NCBI GenBank assembly: GCA_027604505.1
Contig: JADIIX010000067.1
Span: 62,001-117,765 of the forward strand
Length of the DNA: 55,765 bases
Direction of reading: 5' to 3'
Source: Gonapodya sp. JEL0774
Lineage: Eukaryota
Positions 12,701 through 25,037 of the stretch are shown here, in pieces (the first letter of the stretch is position 1; each line of letters begins with the position of its first letter). The position numbers and the translations under genes are program-made. Under the pieces are notes generated by a model that ran no database searches, had not been told where the DNA came from, and saw only the letters and a list, made by a program, of their open reading frames with translations.

Positions 12701-14548
12701 CAAAGTAGGGCAGACTCAACTCTCAACACCACCGATGTTGCGTTGCGAAGAAGGCCTCCGTTTTTCATGTAAAATATCACGGTATTGTATGTTATGCGTA
12801 ATATTTCTAATCACGAATTTTGAAACCCGCAACTGAAATCTGTCAAAATATCGTTGAAAACGGGCAGATGTTTGGGCACCTAGATCTAAATCAGACACTT
12901 CAGCTATTCTCAAAGTTCGCATCCAGAAACCTCAATGCAGAGCTGAGACGACCGGAGGTAGCAAAGCTACTATAATGTCGCAACGGATACGTGCGTTCTC
13001 CACACAGAACACGCAAACTGGATCCACTCCACATCTGGTGTGGATCCACCCGTCAAACCAGATGGTAGAAAGTGATTAGACGATGGGCAAGAGAGGAGTA
13101 GCATAAGATCCGAAAGCTGACGATGATCAGGATGTACGCGACCGCTCTTTCGTGAAGACCACCCTGTCCCACCGCACAAGATACAACCATGCCACGCGAT
13201 GAAGTGCTTTGAAACCTGCTCCACATAGCAACTGTTGTGAGGTTATAGACACCCAAAAACCCGATGGAGGCCTTGGAACATTATAGCACGATGCAGATGG
13301 CACATGCCAGAGAGAGGCTACGTTCAGGTCAATTGTGAACCCAAGAGTTCCACATGTTGAAACGGCGCAGCTCAAGAGAACGAGGAACATATGGAGCGTG
13401 CTAAGCCCCTGTGCAGTCCTCGATCCACATTGCACCGAGAACATTTTCCTGCAGGCTCATTGTTGCGACGGCAAACCCGAGTCCCGACGCACGAGAATTT
13501 CGCAAAGCAGGTACCAGGATTCCCGTGAGTCGAGGTGTGGAGTGTCTGCGTGTCGTCCATTCACCTTCACACCATCGACCAATCCGCACCACAAGAGACC
13601 GATCCCGCACACCCCACTTCGCAAGGCCACACCGTTCGAAAAACCAGTTCGTCTATGCCACCGTTTCCCGGTCGCGGAACTCGAAAATACCGGAACTCGA
13701 ACGGCGTCCCCCGGATGAGAGTTATCTCTAGTCCTCCATCATATCTAGGTAATCGTCATGGCGAGCAAGGGACTTCCGTTGGGGAGAGCCAGCGCCGTGA
13801 AGCTACAGAGTTTGATCGGGGGGTGGGGTGACGACAGCTCACAGCACAGTGGATTTCGTGGCGTTTGGTCAGTTCGGGCTGGGTATGTCCCGCGATACAG
13901 GGCGTATCAGAGCATTCAAGAGCGCTGAGAACACGAAGAGGCAGGGTGTCAATGTGTGTGCGAGTGGAACGAGAGACCGGGGGGGAGGGGTGTGTCTGCC
14001 GCATCGGTGTTCCTTCGGCATGGGAATGTTGTTGTGGATCCAGACTCGCTCCCCTCGCCGCCATTCACAGCCGAAGGTGGGTATTTTCATCCGGGATGGA
14101 ATGGTATGGTGTACGGATCGATCTGCATAGGGGAAAGGGACGAACGAGAGTGAATGTTAAATCTGGAGGTGGTGAAAGGGGCAACGAGTGCAAATCCGTG
14201 CGGTCGCCGGGGTGGGAGGAAGGAGCGAAGTGGGTGAAGGAAGGTGACAGACGACAAAGGACCATATACTAGTGGAACTTGAGAACCCAACGGCAACGAA
14301 GAAAAGTAATCATAAGACGGTGGGAATGGTTCGAGTCACACAAAGGTCCGAACAATCATGAGAGCGAGCAAGAGCATGATGGAGCAAAGAACAGAATGTA
14401 ATCAAATCATGTCATCGCGACAAACTATATACAAATGAGGTGGAATTTAAAAATTCCGTTGGTTCTTTTCGACTTCACAGACTACACGACGACAGCGACA
14501 TCTTTAGGCCGACACCCAGACGAGGGAGGTCAAAGTGAGAGAGGGCGC

Positions 14549-14774
14549 TTAAGGCCTCTCGCCACGGAGACGACGGGCGAGCTGGATGTCCTTGGGCTGG
14601 ATGGTGACACGCTTGGCTGTAACAGCGGACGAAGTGTGTGAGCAAAGGATGGAAAGCGAGTTAAACGCCAGACCATAAGACAACGTACCGTGGATGGCCG
14701 CCAAGTTGGTGTCCTCAAAGAGCGAGACGAGGTAAGCCTCAGAGGCCTCCTGGAGAGCGCCAATGGCCGAGGAC

Positions 14775-14806
<32 letters not shown>

Positions 14807-15442
14807 GATTTCACGGACCAGACGTTGGAAGGGGAGTTTGCGGATGAGGAGTTCGGTCGACTTTTGGTAACGACGGATCTGGAGAAGGGGAGTTGCGGGT
14901 ACATGAATATGGGGACTACCAAGACGGAGAGACAAGGGCACCACACTCACTTCACGGAGGGCGACGGTTCCGGGCCGGTACCTGTGGGGCTTCTTGACAC
15001 CTCCAGTGGCAGGTGCGGACTTGCGAGCGGCCTTGGTGGCGAGCTCTGGCGCGCGGGAAGGTGTGCAAAGAAATGGGAAGAGGGTGAGCAAGGGCAGTCA
15101 AGGCGGAAGGGAAGAGAGGCGGAAAGGCGGGAAATGAGATGGATACTCACGCTTACGAGGAGCCTTTCCTCCGGTGGATTTACGGGCGGTCTGCTTAGTA
15201 CCTGTTCGTGGTGGTGTTTGAAAGTGATGTATTGGGCGAGGGCGAGAATGAGGGAGGCGGGTCGACGGAAACCGGGCAGAGGCGGCGTAATCCAATGGGA
15301 AAAAGAAAGGAAAGAGCGATGCAGAGCAGGAACGGACGAATGAGCGGGAGTTCGCAACGATGCCCAGCAATAGGCGGAATTCGACCCTGACCAGGACGGC
15401 CCAGCCATCGCCCGCATCTCTCTTCGTCAACTTACGAGCCAT
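14549..15442 (-). CDS. HHT1: Histone H3 (4 introns)
   Basis: Exons: ATG GCT C (15442-15436); [16 protein letters not shown] (15201-15151); [46 protein letters not shown]...[51 protein letters not shown]. All introns GT-AG. Confidence 0.99.
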
Positions 15443-15849
15443 TTGCGATGGAGTTTCGAATTCGGGTTTGAACGAGCAAAAGCGAAAGTTGAAGTGGGAA
15501 GTTCGGGGGTGGTCACGAGCTTTTATATGGGTGGGGTGGGGCCAGATGGACCGGGCAGACACTGCGGGAATCGACTCAGACGGGTTTGCGGGTGAATAGC
15601 GCAACGAGCGAACGCAGGACGCAGTTGAAACTCTGACAACGCATAAATTTTACTCGACTCTATGGAATTCTGCTGTGAAATTGGCGTGTTTCTTTCGATT
15701 TTGTGTCCGTTTTGGTGCTCAAAGTTGCCGTCGAATATTCGGTGCACGGTGCTGCGCCACACCAGACCTAGATATAAACTTGACCAGTGAGTGCTTGACA
15801 TCCACAACTCGCATTCGCAACTTACAACTTTCAAACCAAAACTTCGAAA
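15443..15849. promoter_or_regulatory. Bidirectional H3/H4 promoter with two TATA boxes
   Basis: TATAAAA on the - strand at ~15521-15527 (toward H3) and TATAAA on the + strand at ~15773-15778 (toward H4), each about 75-80 nt upstream of its ATG. Confidence 0.75.
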
Positions 15850-16587
<738 letters not shown>

Positions 16588-16882
16588 GCGCCCGGCTCTC
16601 GCTGAAAATCGGATTGCCAATGTCCACGTCCACGATGCGTATCCGCTTGATTGTCTTTACTCTGGGGGTTGACGGAGATTTAACGTGCAGTTGAAGATTT
16701 AATTGTTACACTGTTATCACAAACGGAATTTATAAATTCCACCTCTTGGTGTCTTCTCTCTTACTTGTTCCTCGGTCGTTCTTGTCCGCTTTCCTTCCTC
16801 CTCGGGTTCAAAACTCAACGAACACCATGAACATATCGATTTCCGTTCGTACTGACCACTAATACACCACTACATACTTCGT

Positions 16883-19800
16883 TCACACCCCACCCTCCTC
16901 CTTCCCCGCCATCTCCTCCACCGCCCGCTCGAACAACCTCCTCGCACCCCCGTCCGTATCCCCTTCGCCCGTCTCGTCAAACGACGGCGACCCGTCCAGG
17001 TACATGCGCAGCACGTCAGCGGCGAGGGAGTAGTCGCCGGAGCGGAACAGGGCAGAGCCGAGGAGTCTGGAGTTGGGACGGACGGACGGACGGGGTTTGG
17101 TTTGGTTGGGTTTGGGTGAGGGGGTCGTGGATGTTTTGGTTGCGGTGCCAGGGCGGAAGGTTACACGAAACCACAGAAGGTCAGCTTTCACCTTACCGGT
17201 ACCTCCCTCCCACACCTCATCACCCACCTCAACCCCGTCCCCACCCCGGCCCCCCTCCCAACGCCCCACCTCCCCACCTGCTTCCAACACCTCTTCCCCT
17301 CCCACGCCCTCCCCTGCACCACACAACACACCGCAAGCCACACCCACACCCGTCCGTCCCTCGGCTCCACAGTGTTGGCCTCGCTCAATGCGTCCTCGGC
17401 TGCGTCCCACTGGGCCATGGCAAGCGAAGCTCGGGCGACGCCGAGCCAGGCGGTCGAGGTGGGGTGCGCGCGGACGGCAAGGAGGAAGAGATCACGGGAA
17501 GTGTGGGCCAGGTGGGGGGAGGTGGGGGTGGGAAGTGCGGAGGTGGGTGAGGTGGTCGGGGGTGGGGTCGAGGCAGTGGTGTTGGTCGCAGGGTGTGAGG
17601 ACTCGTCCGGTATGGGCACCGCAACGCCCAACGGGCCGTACGATTGGCAGAGGTATATGGTCGCAAGACGGAGATGCACCAGGTACGGGTCTTCGGGGTC
17701 TGTCATTATGGTGCACCGAACCGTTGGCACCTGTTCATCAACCACCCTCTCCCTCCCCTCCCCCCCCGGATCGCCCTCCAACCCACCTCTCCCCATCCCC
17801 ACCACCACCTCATACTTCTCCCTCGCCGCGTCCCACCCTTGCCACCCCCTCCGGTACGCGACGTGTCCCAGCTCGGCCCACACGTCGGGCTCGTCCTGCC
17901 GCTTGTCTAGCGCTGCGTGGAGGACCCGTTCGGCGTCTGAAGCGTCCCCACGCAGAAGCTGTAGGCGAGATTGAAGGAGGTAGATAGTCGGGAGGGTGAC
18001 CGATGGTTGGAGGAGTTCCTAGTGGGTGGATCGGGTTGGTAGGGATGGGAGGGGTATGACAAAAGGGGTACCGGTTCTCAGTGTCAGCTGTGGTGCCCAG
18101 GCACATAAAGACCAGCCCTCGTACTCACCGCCGCGATCGCCCTTTCGGCCATCTGCGTCGCCCTACAGTGCATCAAAAACTCTGCTGCGTCGAGGTACGA
18201 GCTCCGCCTCTTGCCCTCCTCGTCAACCACCTCCTCGTGTCCTTGTTCCTTGGCTCCTCCTTCCCCTCTTTCTTTCCCTTCGACGAACCACAACATCCTC
18301 CCTTTGCTCATCCACACGTCGCTTTCCTCTTCGTAGTCCATCATTTGCAAGTACAGGCCCAGAATCGTGGCGGAGAGGTGGTAGGTCGGAGCGAGGGATT
18401 GCGCCGTCTCGAGCATGACGCGGGCTTGTGTGTGGTCGGACGTGGAGGCGAGGGTCGCGCCGTATGCGAGGAGACTACAGAGACAACACCAAACCGACAG
18501 ACAAATGCGCACATCAGCTTATATCAATCCGGTTCTGTGCATTTCAAATACCGACGCTGCCCCCTACCAACCTGGGAATATGCCGTCCAGTCTCTGCACC
18601 CTCCCTCGCACCAGGCAATCCTGCCAGCACCTCCTTCAAACACTCCACGCCAACCTCCCCATTTCCCCTCCTCATCTCGAAGCACCCGTACTCGTACCAC
18701 GCCTCCTCGCTCCCCTCCCACCTCGCCACCCGCTCCAAATGGTACTTCTCCGCACCAGCCCAATCTCCGTCCCGCTCGCACTCGTCCGCGAACCGCCCCA
18801 TTGCGGCGTACGCTTGACGCTCTTCGTGTTTGCGGTCCTCGGCGTGCGAGGCAGGGTCGCGGAATATGGCGTGCAATGCAGAGTGCATTGAGCCAACAAG
18901 CTGGACGTAGAGGTTGGAGAGGAAGATGTGAAGGTCGTCGGGCGTTGGAGGCGGGTGTTGTTGGCGTAGATGTGCGCGGACGAGGTGGGTGATGGCGGGT
19001 TTGAGGGACTCTTTGAGGTGGAAGTAGGTGCCCGAGGCATTCATGTGGTAGAGGAACTTCTTCTTTGACTAAAAGTATTAGGAGTGAAGCTTGTTGAATG
19101 GCTTTTGCAACTCAATGGTTACCCAATAAAGCTAACCTTCTCTGCTTCCTCAACAAAACCCTCCTTGACCTTTTCCAACGTTTCGAGACCGACGACCTCC
19201 ACCCACTCTTTCACTAACCTCCTGGCGATCTCTTGGATCTTTGCCTTGTAGTCCGCCTCGGCCTTTTGCGCGCGCTTGGCGTACGTCTCTGCGGTCAGGT
19301 TCTTCCTTGGCGGTATGAAATCGCGCACGGTTTGGGTGATCTGTTGTGCAGGGAGCGAAGGGTGCGCGAGCATGAGTGACATACCTGTTGTTGTTCTAGC
19401 AAGGACACGGCTGTAAAATACGTACCGGCTGCAGCTTCTTCCTCTCGATCAACTCCCTTTCCAAAACCACCTCAATCGACACCATCGCACCAGCTTTAAC
19501 ATAAGGATCCTCACCCTTGTCGCCCTTCTTACCTTTAGCCTCGGTATCCACCCACCCTTCGAGTGGGCATCGAGCACACAAGGTGGTAAGACGGGGTAAG
19601 ATGAGATTGGAACAGTCGAGCTGGGAGCGGGCCCGAAAACGAGAGCCTGTGGCATCCGCGGCGTGGGCGAAGCGAGGTTGCACGTCTCGGGAAAGCTGTT
19701 TTGAGGGTAAGAGGGTGTAAATGACACTATTTACCCGTAAGCAAAACTAACCAGTGCTCAGTACCTCAACCTCCAGAGGCTCCTTAGCCATAACTTTCTC

Positions 19801-21186
19801 CTTGAGACGATCTAGAGCTTCCTTGTACATCCACACCGTTGCTGGCTTGGGCCATTGAACGATCTTCTTGTGTGGGGCGGGGGGCACAGCTGTAGGTGCA
19901 GGTGTCGCGGCAGCGAGGCCTGTCGAATCACTGACGGTCACGGATCTGGATCTAGCAATCGATTCAGCTTTGTTTGGTGGTGGCTCTGAAGAACCTGTAC
20001 CACAAACCGTGAGCAACATTTTCGCAAGCGGGTTTGCTCATCCGAAGGTCACTTATCCCAACCTTGTTCGTACAGCATTCCCCCCGTTACTCTCACCGCA
20101 CGGTCTCGTCCGCCGGTGGAAGGAACGGTCACCTGCAAGGTATACTGGTAGATATCTAACCCGAGATCATTTGTGAGAAACAGACACGACGATAACCCAA
20201 CGCGACAGCTGCGTCCACTCACTTGAAGCCGGATCCTTCTCATTCGCTTCCTTTACAGTCCACTCCTCAGGTGTCGGGTAGACTTGCCTTGGTGAAATCA
20301 TGATAAACATGCCGGTAGCGCGATCCTCCTCTGACAGGAGCGGCCTCGAGAGTACGACTTCGACCTCTAGGACAGACCTGTGCGGATCGTCTGGTGTACC
20401 TGCGGTGGACGAGTTGGTTGCTGCAAGTTTTTTCCCTGCGTCTGCAGGTTGGTTCGATATTGTCACTGTCTCTCGGAAGGAGACCCCTTCCCTCTCCGGA
20501 ATGTTCGCGGAACCTTTCCTTTCCGACGGGTGAGCTGACGCAGTTCGAGCACGAGCTGCCGGCACAATTTTTTCTAACGGTGCCACTTTCGCGGGCTCCA
20601 CGTCTTCTTTCGAAATTTGGGTGTCCGATTCGACTTGCTGTTCAACGAGGTTGGGAATCTTGAACAACTTGTTAAACAGGTGGAGCTCTCCCGTTCCTAG
20701 CACAGCAGTCTTTTCTTTTGGCAAGGATTCAATCACGGTGAATGTGACGTGACCTGTGGTGAAGGTCTCGAGAAGACGCTGGTTGTTCCCACCAGTTTTT
20801 ATTAGAGCACACTGGTAGGATAATCCACCGGCGTAGATTTTACCTCATCAATGTCAAAAGTTTGAGCCCAAGAATGAGCATACTCGGGAGAACTCGTTTC
20901 CGGGACAACGGCGGACTTGCGAGAAAGGACGTTTCATCGCCCCAATGTCCAGCATGAGGAGCAGTTTTGGAGGGTTTATTTAAGATGCGGACGCATTTAC
21001 CTATTCGTCACGAGGAAACTAGGCACTCACGTCTTTGCCCTCCAAGTCTGCGAATTGAATGCGAACCGATGTAGACGGTTTATCTCCCTTTGAACCGTGG
21101 ATGTTTCTGCCCGAAAGCACCTTGACGGTGACGATGACATTGCCGTGCGGGGAAGCATTCGGGCTCGCTGACGCAGGTGCTTCCAT
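16883..21186 (-). CDS. CFAP70: Cilia- and flagella-associated protein 70 (TTC18): N-terminal C2-like region and C-terminal TPRs; multi-exon
   Basis: MNASGTYFHLKESLKPAITHLVR...LHIFLSNLYVQLVGSMHSAL and AEKYHLERVARWEGSEEAWYEYGCFEMRRGNGEVGVECLKE match the CFAP70 core as I recall it. Also IESLPKEKTAVLG, and TPRs such as AWLGVARASLAMAQWDAAEDALSEAN. Confidence 0.88.
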
Positions 21187-21402
21187 TGAAGGGGTTGCAA
21201 TAGTTTCCAAACCAAAGAGTTGAACAATTCAAAGCTGTTCATAGGTACTTCCGGACGCAAGGATTTCATCCCAACAGAATACATTATTAAATTCAGGGAA
21301 TTTCATGGGTATGCAATGCGAATGCTTCCCATTACACAAACTGCAGGATTAGTTCGGAGGTTGCAAAGTCTGGTGAATAAGCAGAAGATATAATATCGCC
21401 CG

Positions 21403-24090
21403 TCATCCCTTGGTCGGTGTCGCATCCAGTTGCATTGGACTGCCAAAACCCATTCGGCCCATGTCCCTCGCCAACATGGACACAGGGGTTGCAACAGCCG
21501 CTCCAGAGAAAGCGCGATTTCCACCTGCGGCTTGTAACCGTGCAGCGAACGCTGCCGGATTGCTCGAGCCACCACTCTCAGGCGTTTCTACCATAGAAAA
21601 GCGGCGATTTTCGCGGTCCACGGGGGTGCTGGATATCGACATGGGTTCCGCAACTGACATTGGTCGCTGCGGTGTTTGTGCGTTTGGCGAAGTAGGGGAG
21701 GGAGGGGGAATTTGTTGCGTCTCTCGCCGTCGGACGCCGTAATGCAGGTGAGGGCGAGGAGGGTTGTGGTTGGGTCCGCTGGGTGCATGTGGAAAGACTA
21801 CATTGGAGTATGCGGACGTCGGTGCAGCGACCCGACTTGGAGATTTACGGGAGGGCGGAGGAGGAGGCATTCGAGGGCTCATCGTAGGGATATGTCCAGT
21901 TATTCGTCGGCGGTCGTCAGATTGGCGCGTGGCTCTGTGGATAACAGAGCAATCGACATCGTTGATACCACATCCTATTGAGTGCGGAACCGTCTAACTG
22001 ACACTTACTCAACAGGTTTTCTCGGCCTCGGTAGCGCCGACCCTCTTGCTTTGGCCAACCACCAAGCGGCATCCCCAACTGCACCTCCCGATGCGTCTAG
22101 CTCGGCCTCTGGCTCGACTCCAGCGAAGGATGGTACTCGCTCTGAATACTCCGGCCCAGTACCGTTCGACGATGACGCAGTCTCACGCATTTCTTCGATG
22201 AGTGTGGAAAAGGATGATACGGAGGGGGAGGGAGTGGGAACGGCCGACTCGCTAGTTGGTGTGGAAGGCACAGCTTCTGGTGCCTCGGCGGAGGGAGGAA
22301 CGTATTGCATTGAATACGATTGCGCCACTGATGCTGTACAGAGACATCAATTTATGGAACCCGCAAGAGAATGTGCCCTGACAAACTCACCGAGACGTCT
22401 CTCCCGAGCAGCAAGTTCCCTCTCCTTAGCGACCAAGTCCCTCTCCCTAGTCGCAATCTCCCTCTCCCGCGCTTTTAGCTCTGTTTCTTTGGACAAGAGC
22501 TCTTCTTCTCGCCGCTTCACGACAGCTTGGCTGTATGTGTGAGCTCCCTTAGACATGTTCGGTGAGGAAGAACACGTGTACACTCACGCATGGCCCAGAT
22601 CCCGATGTGCGAGGCAAATTTGAATCCTGTCGTGTTTCAGGAGCTCAGCGGCGGTGGGGCGTTTGGCATGCTATGGACGTCGTAGAAGCAAAGTTTTGAC
22701 AAAGAACCCTCACCAAAGTGGTGTCGGTGATCACTCACGTTAACCTGCAACATACTCTTGATGACATTCCGTAAATCATTCGAATACCCTTTTGGGATCT
22801 CCGGCGTCTTCCCCAGTTTGATTTTGGCCGCGAGGCCGGCTTGGGATTTAGCTTGAAATGGTGGCTCTAGGGCACACATTTCGTACACGAGGCAGCCGAG
22901 GGACCAAATATCAGATTTAGTGTTGTACTCAGATTCATTAACGAGCTCGGGGGACATATAGAAAGGGGTGCTGCAAAAATGTGACTCAGTTATCGCTTCG
23001 AATAGAAACGCCTTGGTCGTAAGGGCTTCACTTACCCAACGTATGTTCTAGCAAACTGCGTCTCCGGGTCATCAATCACTCTTGATAATCCAAAATCACC
23101 CAGCTTGATGTTCTGCTCCGCGTCTAAAAACACATTGTCCGGTTTGAGGTCGCGGTGCAGCACCACCGCTCTTGGCGTCCCCGAGCGCTTGGGCGGAGGG
23201 TGGTGGCATTCGCAGAGTGCGAGAAGAAGTTGGGTGAAGAGGCTCCAAACGACTGGTTCCGGGATGCTGCGGGACTCGCGGCGGCAGCGCTTAATGACGG
23301 AGGAAAGGTCGCCTGCGGACGGGTTCCGGTAAGGGGACGTGCAAAATCACGCTTCGTAACATGTACCGTAAAAGGAAATAGTTGCCGCGCCATGTCCCGT
23401 AACGTCCTTCCTCCTGTTCCAGCTTCTCAACACGACATCTTCCTTCGGTACTCACCACCTTCGCAGTATTCCATGATGATATAAATCAAGCAATTATCCC
23501 GATCGACAAATCGTTCATAGTAGCGGACGATGTGTGGGTGCCGAAGCTCGCTAAAAGGGGTTTCAGAGGTTTGCCATAATCAGATATTCCATAAGCCGTG
23601 TTTGAAACCCTGTCAGGGGACTCTTACCGTAGAATGTTGACCTCCGAGACGAGCTGCCGCTTCTCTCTATCAGACATTTTCCGGTAGTCTATCTCCTTTC
23701 TGGCAAGAACCTTGAGGAGTCAGAGTGGGATGGGGTCCAAATATCTCTGAACAAGGTGTTTGACACCTGACAAACGTCAACCGCACCTTGCCATCCGATT
23801 TTCGTCTCACTTTCCGAATGAGACCAAACGAGCCTGCGAGTTAAAAGTGTCATAAGGCGATTCGAGTGAGAAAACTTTCATGAAACGTGTCCAGAAACAG
23901 CGCCCGGAAACCAAAGGCCATCAACCGCCGTCCTTGTTATCTCACCTGACCCGATGACCTCGAGTGGGTCAAAATTGGTCAGCGCAGTCTGTCCAGAAGT
24001 TGAGGCAGGCGTCTCCACTTGGCTGGAGCTGGAGCTCCCGGCTTTCGACCCAGTTGAGGGCATGAAGTCTGCCGCTGTCTGCTCGGACAT
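21403..24090 (-). CDS. NEK2: NIMA-related Ser/Thr kinase (NimA/Nek2 type) with coiled-coil and disordered tail; multi-exon
   Basis: [104 protein letters not shown]; coiled coil REEELLSKETELKAREREIATRERDL. Confidence 0.93.
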
Positions 24091-24977
24091 TGGGCTAACT
24101 GGGGAAAGCGGCGAAGCGGCGGCGCGGGTTTCTAGGCCGATGTTAACGAAAGAAGGGTTGCGCCGGCCGTTGGAATCGGTTGCGAGCATACAATATCCAA
24201 GCTTTTCGGGAACAAGGGAACGCGGGTCTGGGTAGAGTTGCCCGATCCAACACAAACAATACCCATCGCAAAACCAATTGCATTTGCCTGACGATTCCGT
24301 CTTTTGCGGATAAAATTAAAAGTATGATGACTACGCCGTTCACTCCCGTTAGTTATTGATCGAAATGAGAACACGAAACGGGCTTCAATGATTCAGATGA
24401 AGCGGTATCTGTTTTCCACCAGAGAGTGAGTTCCAAAGGAAGTGGCACAGACTCTTTTCACCGTAAGCAATCCTGTCCTCGTCATTATGAGTACCCACCT
24501 CAGATCGTGAGAGGATCACATCGCGAACCGGCAAGCATTCAATAGGATCAACTTTCTGGTGTGTGGGCGAAACGAGTGCAAATTGGCAGTTACATGATAG
24601 ACTACTGAGTCTAAAGGATTAAAACACGTCCTTTCCGATGTCAAACAGTAGCTGAAGGCAGGCATAACAAAGGAGACGAGGTCAGCATCACTAATTAGGT
24701 GTACGTGCTTCTCACCACAAGTACGAGAGGTTAACGGTTCAAAGTGCCATAGCACTTCGTGTTTGCGAGCAAGGTGGTGGGTGAACGTTAGCCGTTGCAG
24801 GAGAATCTGCACCGTTGCCCGGGGACCACCGCGAGGAGGTGTTCACTGTAAGAAGAATAGATGGAAGCCCAATGCACCGCAACGTTAGAATACGAGTTGA
24901 CAGTTAAAGGGCTGCGTGGTTCACTCACCCATTTATGGTCCCCATAACCGCAACATTCCCCAAATCCATCTCCCGTA

Positions 24978-25037
24978 GGGCCTCAACATCTTTCATTCTG
25001 TATTACCGGGCCTCAACATCTTTCATTCTGTATTCCC
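24978..25037. repeat. 30-bp tandem duplication (2 copies)
   Basis: GGGCCTCAACATCTTTCATTCTGTATT(A/C)CC twice. Confidence 0.9.

Noticed and set aside
14325..14345. GGTTCGAGTC, like a tRNA B-box
   Set aside because: No cloverleaf or A-box context; no tRNA or rRNA recognised in the window.
17073..18992. Long Pro/Gly-rich + strand ORFs
   Set aside because: Antisense to CFAP70 in GC-rich DNA; no domain signal.
24978..25037. 30-bp repeat pair as a CRISPR-like array
   Set aside because: Only two adjacent copies with no spacer, in eukaryotic DNA with no cas genes.
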